Shown here one piece after another: positions 37,467 to 46,989 of a stretch of 64,000 nt of DNA (the first letter of the stretch is position 1; the number at the start of each line of letters is the position of its first letter). The stretch spans positions 4,948 to 68,947 of the forward strand of contig JBHHUC010000005.1 in NCBI GenBank assembly GCA_046861395.1. The letters run 5' to 3'. The position numbers and the translations under genes were made by a program. This DNA is from Fidelibacterota bacterium (GTDB taxonomy: Bacteria > Fidelibacterota > Marinisomatia > Marinisomatales > JABMOV01). The notes under the pieces are model-generated. The model saw only the letters and a program-made list of their open reading frames with translations. It did not search any database and had not been told where the DNA came from.

Positions 37467-38150
37467 CTAATCGTTGAAAGAAATTTCCAGTATTGAGGAG
37501 AACGGTATTTCCTGGGATCCGATCAGAAAGACGGCTGAACCGTCTTCATATCGTACACCGTTAATGATCCCCTGAACGAAAGGCGTGGCCTGGATTGAAT
37601 TGCCATTGGGATCGGCCGCTTCGATGGAAAAGGTATAATTCCCTTCCGGCATCGTGGTGCCGTTATTGTTTTTTCCATCCCAGGTGAAGGTGTGTTCTCC
37701 CCGTTGCATTCCTGATTCTTCAATGACGCGAATCACGGCCCCTTCATCATCCATAATACTGATCTTTACCGCACTGGCATCACCGGACAAATCGAAGGAC
37801 AGGGAAGCCTGACCATCCACGCCGTATGTGATTAAGTTCCCATCAGCACGTGCCGATTTCCCGATTGCGGTGGCCGCCAGTGTGTTATTGATCGTCTGGG
37901 ACAATACCAGATCCATATCCACGCCGTACTGAATATTGCTGTCTATGCTGGCCAGTTGCTCCACCGATGTGAACTGGGCTAATTGTGCGGCAAAGGCTTC
38001 GCTGTCGGCGGGGGCTGTAGGATCCTGATTGGTTAATTCCGTCAATAATAATTTCAGAAATTCATCCATTTCAATTCCCGACTTACGGGCAGTCTGTGTG
38101 CTGGCAGCGGCCCCGCCAGGATTCATATTCAGATTTGTTATTCCTTCCAT
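37467..38150 (-). CDS. flgD: flagellar hook capping protein FlgD
   Basis: 'DEFLKLLLTELTNQDPTAP' plus a C-terminal FlgD Ig-like region ('TFTWDGKNNNGTTMPEGNYTFSIEA'). Confidence 0.93.
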   Translation of the reverse strand: MEGITNLNMNPGGAAASTQTARKSGIEMDEFLKLLLTELTNQDPTAPADSEAFAAQLAQFTSVEQLASIDSNIQYGVDMDLVLSQTINNTLAATAIGKSARADGNLITYGVDGQASLSFDLSGDASAVKISIMDDEGAVIRVIEESGMQRGEHTFTWDGKNNNGTTMPEGNYTFSIEAADPNGNSIQATPFVQGIINGVRYEDGSAVFLIGSQEIPFSSILEISFND

Positions 38151-38167
38151 GCCATTTTCCTTCCTGT

Positions 38168-39658
38168 TTAGGCAATGATTTCCAGCGTGTTATAGCCATA
38201 GTCCAGCTTCGCCGGTTGTGATTTGACTCTTTCGGAACTAGTCGCGTCCTGTTCGTCGTCCACGTTGGTCCATTGATCTTTCATTTTCCTCCGGTCGGTT
38301 CGTGTTTCCTGCTCCCGTGTCTGCTGCTGGTTTATCTGTACATCCAGCGATGATAATTCGAATCCCTTCTGGTTCAGATTTTCCTGAATCATAGGAACCA
38401 GCCGGTCAATAAACTCCTTGCTTGCAATATTGTCAACTAAAATGGTGACATGTTCTCTGGCGTCCACCTGGGAAAACTGAACTCCTATTTTTCCCAATGA
38501 TCCGGAATCCACGGAAAAATGTGTAACCCTGGCTGTTGTTGTTGCCATTTGCAGTATGATCCGTGCGATGCGTTCAATGTGTACAGTTTGGCTTAACTTG
38601 CTGAACCGTGGTAGGGAATTTGCCTCCCGGGAATCCTGGACCAGGCCAGATCGGTGCTCCGGCTTAACCAAAAAGCCATCTTGTTGGGGCGATAGATTGC
38701 GATGAATGGTGTGTTTTGCCTCTTGGCCGGCCTTTTCCGCTACATTCATGGGTGTTTGTTCTGGTCCCGCATTCTTACCCGACGCTGTTTTCTGCTGTAT
38801 TGCTTCTTCCGAAACCTCCGCCGGCTCAGTGCCCTGTTTAGGGACGCTGCGGACCGAACGAACCGGCTTCTGAATTACTTTCAGCGCCTGGTCCAGCGAA
38901 AGTCCGGGAATACGGCGATCCATTTTCTCCTTTTTGTCCCGCTTCACGTCAGTTGCAATCACGGCCGGGTCTTTGGCCCGCAATCGTTGCTCCTCCATCG
39001 TCGGTGTTTTGGTACCTTCCGGCAGGGGACGAGGAGTGGCTAATGGTTCCGCGGATGTCGTTTTCGTTCCAGCGTCCCGCTCCGGATATGCGGCCCCGGA
39101 CTGAGGCATTACATCTTCCTGCATGGCTACGGCCTGCCGATTCGGTTGCGGAGACTGAACCGGCGAAGGAGCCGGGTCCGCCGGGGCGTTTGGTATTGTG
39201 GGTACCGGTCTTTTCCCCGGGGTGGCCGTCGCAGGAAGAGGTGAAAGGTTTTCCGGCGGTTGTTTCTGAATGGTCGGGCGCAAGGAAGCGTTGATCACCG
39301 ATTTGGGCCGGGGTAATATGAGTTCCGGCACCAACTGCGGGCGGGCCGGCAATGCTTGATTGACCGACGGCACTGGATTCATGGGTTTTACTGTCGCCGG
39401 GGCCGCTGCTGTTGCGGACGTCAGGACCGGTATGATACCCGGCGCAATATTCACTTTCCGCGGTTTTACCGATTCCATGTCGGGGGTTACCGGACGCTTC
39501 ACGGTGCCGGGCAACATTTTCTTCAATATTTCGGGCGGGTCGGGTACCGGCATATTGCCGAACCAGATGGCGTTCATGGCATCATTGGGCTGAGGGCCGG
39601 TTTCCGCTCCGGGTTGCCCCTGAGGTGTCGGAGCTTGGATTTCTATGATTTTAATCAA
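38168..39658 (-). CDS. fliK: flagellar hook-length control protein FliK
   Basis: Pro-rich 496-aa protein with a C-terminal Flg_hook-like block ('VDSGSLGKIGVQFSQVDAREHVTILVDN...'). The position upstream of flgD fits. Confidence 0.8.
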   Translation of the reverse strand: MIKIIEIQAPTPQGQPGAETGPQPNDAMNAIWFGNMPVPDPPEILKKMLPGTVKRPVTPDMESVKPRKVNIAPGIIPVLTSATAAAPATVKPMNPVPSVNQALPARPQLVPELILPRPKSVINASLRPTIQKQPPENLSPLPATATPGKRPVPTIPNAPADPAPSPVQSPQPNRQAVAMQEDVMPQSGAAYPERDAGTKTTSAEPLATPRPLPEGTKTPTMEEQRLRAKDPAVIATDVKRDKKEKMDRRIPGLSLDQALKVIQKPVRSVRSVPKQGTEPAEVSEEAIQQKTASGKNAGPEQTPMNVAEKAGQEAKHTIHRNLSPQQDGFLVKPEHRSGLVQDSREANSLPRFSKLSQTVHIERIARIILQMATTTARVTHFSVDSGSLGKIGVQFSQVDAREHVTILVDNIASKEFIDRLVPMIQENLNQKGFELSSLDVQINQQQTREQETRTDRRKMKDQWTNVDDEQDATSSERVKSQPAKLDYGYNTLEIIA

Positions 39659-40190
39659 CGGTGACGACTCCTGCCAGTTGCTGGGTTAATACCGCGGCCC
39701 GGGTACTTGTGAGGGCCAGCAGCAGGTTTTTTCGATTCCGGCTGCTCATATTTTTATAGAGAGCAATCAGGGTCTGATCATCAATTTTTGCCAGAATGGG
39801 TTCCATTTCCTTGGGCTTGAGGGATTCATACGTTTTTGCCAACTCTTTCATGTTCATTTGTTGTGATTCAAGAGCTGTAACTTTTTCTCCCAAGGCGGCA
39901 ATTTTGTTTTCAAATTTTGCAATATCTCTGTTAAGCTGTGAAATAACATCCAGGAGACTGTCCTTTTCCATGCTCAGGAAAAAATGATTACTGTTTAATT
40001 CATTGATCACCTGAATCAGACTATCTTTCTCACTGATAGTCAGAGCCGGTTCATCCGTTGCTTCGGCCGGCGGACTGACTGGTGCCTCGGCCTTGGCAGG
40101 AAAGAAAAATGTGAATATAATGAATGTAGTCGCTATGACGATCAATAACACACTGGCTGAAATGCCGCCTATCACATAGAGCTTTTTCAT
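39651..40190 (-). CDS. YlxF/FlbB/MotE-family protein (MgtE-N-like domain)
   Basis: N-terminal TM helix, then a coiled coil, then the C-terminus 'PKEMEPILAKIDDQTLIALYKNMSSRNRKNLLLAL'. It occupies the fliJ-X-fliK position, as ylxF does in B. subtilis. Confidence 0.6.
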   Translation of the reverse strand: MKKLYVIGGISASVLLIVIATTFIIFTFFFPAKAEAPVSPPAEATDEPALTISEKDSLIQVINELNSNHFFLSMEKDSLLDVISQLNRDIAKFENKIAALGEKVTALESQQMNMKELAKTYESLKPKEMEPILAKIDDQTLIALYKNMSSRNRKNLLLALTSTRAAVLTQQLAGVVTVD

Positions 40191-40648
40191 CCGATCCGAC
40201 CTCCTCCGACATTTCGGCCGGCAGCGGTGATGGCCTGTTCATCCTGCTTTTTCTGTTCCGCCTTTTTTGCTTCACGGGCTTGTCTTTCCAGATATTTTTC
40301 CTTCAGTTTCTCGAGGACTTTCTTGGCCTTGGCTGCCGCCAGAAGCTCCCGGCGTTTATTGGCAACCTTGACCGTCGAAGCGCTGGTTTTTTTACGCTGA
40401 TCTGCAATCGTGGCATTCAACCCGTTGATGTACCCGGCCGAGACCTGTAAGTCAAACAGAGAATGGGTCGTTTCCGGTTTTGCATGGTGTAAAAGGGCTG
40501 AATCTTTCACATTCTCCAGCTTTGACAACCGCCGCTGTGCTTCTTTTAATTCATCCTTGGTTTTTCGTAAATCGATCTCCAGTAATTCCTCTCTCAGGGA
40601 TTTGACGTTCAGTACTTTTTCCAATGAAAACTGGTCTGATTTGCTCAT
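40187..40648 (-). CDS. fliJ: flagellar export protein FliJ
   Basis: 153-aa coiled-coil protein ('LEKVLNVKSLREELLEIDLRK...') directly after fliI. Confidence 0.8.
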   Translation of the reverse strand: MSKSDQFSLEKVLNVKSLREELLEIDLRKTKDELKEAQRRLSKLENVKDSALLHHAKPETTHSLFDLQVSAGYINGLNATIADQRKKTSASTVKVANKRRELLAAAKAKKVLEKLKEKYLERQAREAKKAEQKKQDEQAITAAGRNVGGGRIG

Positions 40649-40649
40649 C

Positions 40650-41975
40650 TCAGTCTTTCCCGCTGGTCAGTTGAAAAAGTCTGTCCAGCGTTTCCTGAAA
40701 GGAGGATGCTTCATCCATCCCCTGCCGGAGAAATTGATTGATGGCCGGTATTTTTTCGATTGCTTCATCGATTTTTGGGTTTGCGCCTTCGCTGTAGGCC
40801 CCGATATTGATCAAATCTTCAGCTTCAGTATACTGGGCAATCAAATCCAGGATATCCATGGATACATTGATCTGTTCAGGGTCCGCGACCTGTTTTTTCA
40901 AACGACTGACACTTTGCAATACATCGACTGAAGGATAATGTCCCTTGGAAGCCAGTTTACGGGATAAAACTATATGTCCATCCAAAATGGCCCGGGCCGC
41001 ATCACTCATGGGGTCATCCAAGTCGTCCCCTTCCACAAGGACGGTGAAAAGACCGGAAATACTTCCGCGCTCATTGCACCCGGCTCTTTCCAGCAACCGG
41101 GGAAGAAAGGCAAATACCGATGGTGTGTATCCTTTGGCGGTGGGGGGTTCACCTACGGCCAGTCCGATTTCACGCTGGGCCATGGCTACTCGGGTCAACG
41201 AATCCATCAATAACATAACATCCTGACTCTGGTCACGAAAATATTCCGCAATGGACATAGCCATGAGGCTCCCTTTCAGCCTTAACATTGCAGCCTGATC
41301 GGATGTAGCCACAATGACCACGGATTTTTTCAATCCTTCTTCACCTAGATCTCTTTCAATGAATTCACGAACTTCCCGACCACGTTCTCCGATCAGGGCA
41401 ATCACATTTACGGCGGCATCTGCGTAGCGCGCCATCATTCCCAACAGCACACTTTTTCCAACGCCACTACCAGCAAAAATTCCCACCCGCTGACCTTTTC
41501 CGATAGTCAACAGGCCATCAATGGAGCGAATTCCGGTTACCAGAGGTTTATCAATATTATTTCGCAACATGGGATTGGGCGGACGGTTGTAAACCGGTTG
41601 AAATTCCGTGGCCGCAATGGGTCCCTTGCCGTCAATTGGATTACCCAGGGCGTCAATGACACGGCCCATAAGGGCCGGTCCAACGGGAACGTGGAGAGGG
41701 CGTGGGCTAATTTGCACACCGCTGCCGGGAGAAATTCCAACCGTCTCATCCAGCGGCATTAAAAGGGCCCGTTGACCGTTAAAACCTACAATTTCAGCCC
41801 GTATTTCACGTTGGGAACGTGTTCGGATGGTACACAATTCTCCCATCGTACCATCCGGTAAATAGGCTTCAATGACCAACCCAATCACCTTGGTGACCTT
41901 TCCGATTTTCTTGTATCCTTCAAGAATATCAATCTGGTCTAGTTTATTGTCAAATATTTGAGCGGGCTGAATCAT
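40650..41975 (-). CDS. fliI: flagellum-specific ATPase FliI
   Basis: Walker A 'GIFAGSGVGKSVLLG', Walker B 'VMLLMDSLTR', and overall F1/T3SS ATPase colinearity. Confidence 0.97.
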   Translation of the reverse strand: MIQPAQIFDNKLDQIDILEGYKKIGKVTKVIGLVIEAYLPDGTMGELCTIRTRSQREIRAEIVGFNGQRALLMPLDETVGISPGSGVQISPRPLHVPVGPALMGRVIDALGNPIDGKGPIAATEFQPVYNRPPNPMLRNNIDKPLVTGIRSIDGLLTIGKGQRVGIFAGSGVGKSVLLGMMARYADAAVNVIALIGERGREVREFIERDLGEEGLKKSVVIVATSDQAAMLRLKGSLMAMSIAEYFRDQSQDVMLLMDSLTRVAMAQREIGLAVGEPPTAKGYTPSVFAFLPRLLERAGCNERGSISGLFTVLVEGDDLDDPMSDAARAILDGHIVLSRKLASKGHYPSVDVLQSVSRLKKQVADPEQINVSMDILDLIAQYTEAEDLINIGAYSEGANPKIDEAIEKIPAINQFLRQGMDEASSFQETLDRLFQLTSGKD

Positions 41976-42649
41976 GCCAGGTCGCTTAACAACTGTTCCT
42001 CGATGTGGTTTAATTGGCTGCCCAGATCTCCTTCCAGGAAGTAATCATCCAGTTCAATCAGGCATTCCCCCGGAGCCAGACGGTCACTGGAAACAAAATT
42101 CACTTCCGCGTGGGGCGGGAAAATGATGGACTCCAGTTCCGTTGAAGTACACACCCAATTGAGTTGTTTGGGGTTCACATAGACGGTCAGCGATTTGGAA
42201 TGGGTGACTTTTTCAACTAATTCCCTGATCCGGTTTACCAATATTTTTTCCTTATTCCCGTTTTTGTCCAATTCGGCACCGATGATTTTTTCTGCGATTT
42301 TTACCGATAGCCGGATCATGGGCTTGGCCGCCTGTTCAAGTCGGTCATCCACCTGGGCTTTCAGCGAACTGAGCATGGAATCATAGATGGCTTTTATTTC
42401 TTCCATTTGTCCTGTCAAATCCTTTAACGCCGCCTGGCGCCCTTCCGAATATCCGGCCTGAAAGGCCTGGTCTCGGGCTTCCGCCATGGTATTGCGCAGT
42501 GTTTCCACCTGCTTGCTTAATTCTTCCACCCGATCAGACGTATTGCCATATAAGTCACCGGTGTCGAACGACGGTCTTACCTGGTCGCCGTTAGTGACAA
42601 TATTGAAACTGCTGACCTTCTTGCTTAATGGTAACCTTAATTCTCTCAT
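41972..42649 (-). CDS. fliH: flagellar assembly protein FliH
   Basis: 225 aa between fliG and fliI, overlapping both. It has the FliH-like pattern 'A...A...G...G...A'. Confidence 0.8.
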   Translation of the reverse strand: MRELRLPLSKKVSSFNIVTNGDQVRPSFDTGDLYGNTSDRVEELSKQVETLRNTMAEARDQAFQAGYSEGRQAALKDLTGQMEEIKAIYDSMLSSLKAQVDDRLEQAAKPMIRLSVKIAEKIIGAELDKNGNKEKILVNRIRELVEKVTHSKSLTVYVNPKQLNWVCTSTELESIIFPPHAEVNFVSSDRLAPGECLIELDDYFLEGDLGSQLNHIEEQLLSDLA

Positions 42650-43662
42650 TCAATCACCTCTTCCGATTCTGATCGGTCAACCACGATCTTGTTACTCTTT
42701 TCCAGTCTTCGCACGACTTCCACCACCTTTTTCTGGGCCGTATCAACTTCACTAACTTTCACCGGTCCCAGATACTGTAAATCATCTTTCAGCATTTCGG
42801 CCGCACGCTCAGACATGTTGCTAAATATTTTATCCCGCAATTCATCACTGGACGATTTCAAGGCATAAGCCAAGACTTTGGAATCCACTTCCTTCACGAT
42901 GATCTGCACCGCTTCATCGGGCAGCTTAATAATATCATCATACACAAACATGAGGCCTGAGATTTCCTCTGCCAGGACGGAATCGTGCTGTTTGATAAAT
43001 TCCATCACATTTTTTTCCGTGGCCCGGTTGGCATAATTCAGGATTTCTGCCATGGATTCAATTCCGCCAATCGTATCACTTTGCCGCCCGAATCCGGTCC
43101 CGATATTTTCACGCAATAAGGATTCCACTTCATTGAGCAGCTCATCGGATGGTTTCCCGATCGTAGTCAGGCGATAGGCAATGTCGGCCTGTGTTTCCGG
43201 CGGTAAACCCGCCATCAGGGTAGCGGCCTGATCGGGCTTAAGTTTGGCCAGCACCAGGGCCGCTGTTTGGGGATGTTCATTTTTAATAAAACTTAATAGA
43301 AGTTTATTATCTACCGATTGCAACAGATTGAAGGCGCTGGTTTCGGTGGCTTCCTGGGCACGGCGAAGAATTTCATTTGCCTTTTCTTCGCTATAGGCGC
43401 TCATGAGGACTTCCTTGGCATATTCCGGACCACCGGTGACGATATATTGCCGGGCAACAATCAATTCATAATACTCTTGAATTACCAGGCTCAACACCGC
43501 TGCCGGGATGTTTTTCAGGCGGGCCATTTCTATGGCGATACGTTCCGTTTCCTGATCGGTGAGATTTTTCATGACCTGCGCCGCGTTGTCCACTCCCAGG
43601 GCCACCAGGATCAGGGCAGCTTTCTGATAAGATGGAATCTGGATCTGGGCGTTATCTTCCAT
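42646..43662 (-). CDS. fliG: flagellar motor switch protein FliG
   Basis: 'YQKAALILVALGVDNAAQVMKNL' and C-terminal motifs ('MFVYDDI', 'ALK......R.KI..NMS.RAA..L'). The start is chosen at 'MEDNAQ' (43662), though the ORF is open to 43749. Confidence 0.93.
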   Translation of the reverse strand: MEDNAQIQIPSYQKAALILVALGVDNAAQVMKNLTDQETERIAIEMARLKNIPAAVLSLVIQEYYELIVARQYIVTGGPEYAKEVLMSAYSEEKANEILRRAQEATETSAFNLLQSVDNKLLLSFIKNEHPQTAALVLAKLKPDQAATLMAGLPPETQADIAYRLTTIGKPSDELLNEVESLLRENIGTGFGRQSDTIGGIESMAEILNYANRATEKNVMEFIKQHDSVLAEEISGLMFVYDDIIKLPDEAVQIIVKEVDSKVLAYALKSSSDELRDKIFSNMSERAAEMLKDDLQYLGPVKVSEVDTAQKKVVEVVRRLEKSNKIVVDRSESEEVIE

Positions 43663-45259
43663 TGGGTGTTGCCGGTCGGTTATCCATGAGCCAGGTCCGG
43701 ATAATCCGGGCCGCATCCTCTGGAACTTCCTTGCTGAAGGCCAGAACATCCTCCGTCACCTGGTCTTTTTTCTTCAATTTTTCCCGGGCTTCGGGACTGA
43801 GTTTTTCAAGAAGCAAATCGTTTTTCTTCTCGGCACTGTCAGCCTGTCCTCCAGGTAAGGCTTCTGGCTGGTCGCCTTCCGGCAGTGCCGACAGGCCCTC
43901 GCCGTCACTGAGCTGGAAAATCGGCATACCGTTTTTCAACAGGGATTTGATCAAGAAAAGTGCCAGGATCAAGGCCACGCCGATAAAACTTTTATCAATA
44001 ACACTCGACCATAACTGGTTTTTTTCCATTGAAGCAAAATATTCCTGATCATCGGCAAAAATCGAACGATCGAATTTCAGGTTTTGCACCTCTACCACAT
44101 CCCCCCGATCGGGATTATAACCCACGGCACTGCGCACCAGAGAAGCAATCCGGTCCAGGTCCTTTTTCTTCCACTCCTGGTACACGGTAGTGGGGTTACC
44201 GTCTTCGTCCGTGCCGGGAACCAGTAATCCATTTAACAGGACCGCAACACTTATATTTTTAATTGTGCCACTGTTACCGGTATAATGTTCGACGGTTTTA
44301 TTCAATTCATAGTTCGTAATGACATTTTCTTTCGAATAATCTTCCTGGTTTGTGCCGGCCGAGTCGTTCCCGGAATTCGAAGATTCCGATAAGCGCTCTT
44401 CACTTACAATTACCACATTCTCCGGATCATAGAATTCCGAGGTTCGGTTAACCTGTTCAAAGTCCAGTTCAACCGACACTTCCACCACCACATTTCCGTA
44501 GCCGGCCACTCCTTCAACAATCCCCCGAACCTTGCTCTGTAATTTTCGTTCTATTGCATTACGCAATTCCCATTGCGAGCCGGTAGTGCCGGATGCTAGT
44601 TCCGTCTGAGCATTGGACAATAAATTGCCTTCCTCATCCACAACCACGACATTATCCGGTTCAATACCCTCCACGCTGTTTGCCACCAGGGCAACAATTC
44701 CCTTTACCTGATCCTGGTTGATATAAGTATTCTGCGCCGTGTAAAGCACAATGGAGGCCGATCCGTTTTTGCGATCTTCAAAAATTCCTTTTTCGGGAAA
44801 GACCAAATGAACCCGGCTGTTTTTGATCCCGGGGAATTGATTAATGGTCTTGGTCAGTTCGCCTTCCAGGGCACGACGCATATTGAGCTGTTGCATAAAT
44901 GTCGTCATACCGATTTTGGAATTATCGAACACTTCATAACCAGTGGCAGAGGTACTTAAATATCCCAGATCGGCGAACTGGACCTTCAACTCGGCCACCT
45001 TGTCGGCGGGAACAAGAATGGTCCGGCCGCCACGTTCAATCTTATATTCAATTTTCCCCGATTCAAGATCACCGATGATATCACTGGCATTGGCCGGATC
45101 CAAGTCAGAGTACAGCACGGCAAATTCCGGGCGGTTGGCCCAGAGCAACAGGGAAGTGATGGCCGATATCATACCGATTATCACAATGGTAATCACCACC
45201 CGCTGAGCCACGGTATACTGGCTGATTACCAGATTGAATCGTTGCATAAAAGTATTCAT
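43652..45259 (-). CDS. fliF: flagellar MS-ring protein FliF
   Basis: 535 aa with an N-terminal TM helix and the YscJ/FliF pattern 'ALEGELTKTINQFPGIKNSRVHLVFPE'. A second TM helix lies near the C-terminus. Confidence 0.95.
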   Translation of the reverse strand: MNTFMQRFNLVISQYTVAQRVVITIVIIGMISAITSLLLWANRPEFAVLYSDLDPANASDIIGDLESGKIEYKIERGGRTILVPADKVAELKVQFADLGYLSTSATGYEVFDNSKIGMTTFMQQLNMRRALEGELTKTINQFPGIKNSRVHLVFPEKGIFEDRKNGSASIVLYTAQNTYINQDQVKGIVALVANSVEGIEPDNVVVVDEEGNLLSNAQTELASGTTGSQWELRNAIERKLQSKVRGIVEGVAGYGNVVVEVSVELDFEQVNRTSEFYDPENVVIVSEERLSESSNSGNDSAGTNQEDYSKENVITNYELNKTVEHYTGNSGTIKNISVAVLLNGLLVPGTDEDGNPTTVYQEWKKKDLDRIASLVRSAVGYNPDRGDVVEVQNLKFDRSIFADDQEYFASMEKNQLWSSVIDKSFIGVALILALFLIKSLLKNGMPIFQLSDGEGLSALPEGDQPEALPGGQADSAEKKNDLLLEKLSPEAREKLKKKDQVTEDVLAFSKEVPEDAARIIRTWLMDNRPATPNGR

Positions 45260-45271
45260 AGCGATCCCTTG

Positions 45272-45586
45272 TTAAACCGTCATTCGTTGAATTTCCTTGT
45301 AAGAATCCAATAGTTTATTGCGGATTTCTACCAAGAGTTGGAAACTGATTCGACTTTCTTCCATCGTGGCCATGGCTTCCGAAATACTCTCGGACTTACC
45401 CTCCACCACCGCCGTCACTTTTTCCGCCGCCGCGGCCTGCTTATCATTTACCGTTTCAATAAAATCTCTGATTGCCGTGGCAAAGCTGGGACTTTCCGGT
45501 CCATCGGTTTTTTCTCCCCCTTCGTTGGTTTTTTCAATAATTGCCTTTGGAAGAATCTGTTGTTGAATAGGATCGATGATTGCCAT
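45272..45586 (-). CDS. fliE: flagellar hook-basal body protein FliE
   Basis: 104 aa. 'SFATAIRDFIETVNDKQ' and the C-terminus 'ISFQLLVEIRNKLLDSYKEIQRM' are the FliE pattern. Confidence 0.9.
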   Translation of the reverse strand: MAIIDPIQQQILPKAIIEKTNEGGEKTDGPESPSFATAIRDFIETVNDKQAAAAEKVTAVVEGKSESISEAMATMEESRISFQLLVEIRNKLLDSYKEIQRMTV

Positions 45587-45594
45587 AGTTATTC

Positions 45595-45882
45595 CTAACT
45601 GATCAGGTCAATAAAGTGACCTTTTGGTGTCGTGGGTGTCGTTTTCTGATTGTAGAACTGCATGGTATCCGGTTTTTCCGCCCCAAACAGCATGTGTAAT
45701 GATTCTTTTTCCGGCGCTGTCAAGACCCGGGCGGGCGTGGTGACTGTCTCTGTTCTGTCAGATTCCGATATTGTACCATTGATTTCAAATACGGATTCGT
45801 GACCCGGCTGATCCGGACGTGCAGTTCGGTTCAGAGCCTGTTGCTCCGGACGAATTGCATTGAGGGCTGTTTCAATTTTCAT
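45595..45882 (-). CDS. hypothetical protein inserted between flgC and fliE
   Basis: 95-aa ORF starting immediately after the flgC stop, with GGAG 8 nt upstream of its ATG. It ends 8 nt before fliE. It is T/P-rich, has no TM segment, and matches no family I recognise. Confidence 0.5.
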   Translation of the reverse strand: MKIETALNAIRPEQQALNRTARPDQPGHESVFEINGTISESDRTETVTTPARVLTAPEKESLHMLFGAEKPDTMQFYNQKTTPTTPKGHFIDLIS

Positions 45883-46383
45883 CTAAATCTCCAGGGCTTT
45901 CTTGGCCATGCCTTTGGCGGCACGCATTACACTAATATTGGCTTCATACAGACGGCTGGCGGATACCAGGTCCACCATTTCTTCAACGGTATTGATATTG
46001 GGCATAGTTACATATCCATTCTCGTCCGCTTTGGGATGAGAGGGGTCATAGACTTTCTTGTCTCCCTTCATTTCCACAACCTTGAAGCTGTCAGCTTGAT
46101 TTTCCGTTTGCAGACCGCTGCCGGCGTTGTGTTTATGTCGAATATGACTGCCTTTGGTCTGTCGCAACGCCAACGCCATTTGGCTGCCGAAATTTGACCT
46201 GCCGGTTGCAGGGGCCGGATTGCCGGAGACAACAACTGTTTTCCGATGATATACCTTACCGTTTTCATCAGGCAGCTTTTCCGCATTCGCTATATTCTCG
46301 GAAATGACATTTAATTTTTTCATTTGAGATGAAAGGCCGGCCAGTGTCGTCCGCAACGAAGAGAAAATTCCAATCGTATTCAT
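45883..46383 (-). CDS. flgC: flagellar proximal rod protein FlgC
   Basis: 'ISENIANAE' and the C-terminus 'YVTMPNINTVEEMVDLVSASRLYEANISVM'. Confidence 0.95.
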   Translation of the reverse strand: MNTIGIFSSLRTTLAGLSSQMKKLNVISENIANAEKLPDENGKVYHRKTVVVSGNPAPATGRSNFGSQMALALRQTKGSHIRHKHNAGSGLQTENQADSFKVVEMKGDKKVYDPSHPKADENGYVTMPNINTVEEMVDLVSASRLYEANISVMRAAKGMAKKALEI

Positions 46384-46389
46384 AGCGAA

Positions 46390-46773
46390 TTAATTCCTTC
46401 CCACAATGCTGTCGCTTAAGCCTCGATAATACCGTCCCAGGGCGCTGGTAGTAAAATCGTACCTGATTTGGTTTTCCGTTAGACTGACCATTTCCTCCGT
46501 CAGGTCTACTTCATTATTCTGCGTCTGGTTACTGGCAACCCGGGTTATGGTTTTACTGATGGCGTGGGTAATGTGTTTGTTATTGGTTGTCTTCAGCCGT
46601 GACTGGCCGATGGTTTTATCCAGTACAACGGAGAAATCCGAATTCTCTTTTTGATACGTAGGATCTTCCGCGTGAGCTATATTCCGGGCGATGACTTCCT
46701 GGCGTTTTTCTTGCCGCTGAATCGCTTCTTTCAGCGTGGTAGCATAGCCGTTTGTAAATAATTTGATATTCAT
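46390..46773 (-). CDS. flgB: flagellar proximal rod protein FlgB
   Basis: 'RQEVIARNIAHAEDPTYQK' and 'VDLTEEMVSLTENQIRYD'. It is the first gene of the array. Confidence 0.93.
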   Translation of the reverse strand: MNIKLFTNGYATTLKEAIQRQEKRQEVIARNIAHAEDPTYQKENSDFSVVLDKTIGQSRLKTTNNKHITHAISKTITRVASNQTQNNEVDLTEEMVSLTENQIRYDFTTSALGRYYRGLSDSIVGRN

Positions 46774-46787
46774 GGCACTTTCTTCCG

Positions 46788-46804
46788 TTCAAGTGGCGTG
46801 CCAA
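46788..46804 (-). promoter_or_regulatory. sigma54-like element upstream of flgB (doubtful: leader only ~4 nt)
   Basis: The minus strand reads tTGGCAC-gccac-TTGAA. The -24 element is perfect but the -12 is GA. The predicted +1 would fall downstream of the apparent SD (GGAAGAAAG). Confidence 0.3.
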
Positions 46805-46989
46805 GACTATCCGGTAGTATTTCAGAAAAATTGAAAAATGCTTAATGTGTTTAAATATATAGCGTTATACTTTATAGTGCATTGGGTCGGATTTCAGACA
46901 GAGCAGGAAAAACTATTACCAATCTTTCCTCTTTCGGGAAAAATTTTCCGTAATGATTGGAGGGGTATCAGGCGACCCGGATGAAAATA

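Noticed and set aside
46773-46790. Plus-strand TGGCAC overlapping the flgB start codon, a possible divergent sigma54 promoter.
   Set aside because: The -12 position reads tccg rather than TTGC, and nothing is encoded on the plus strand downstream.
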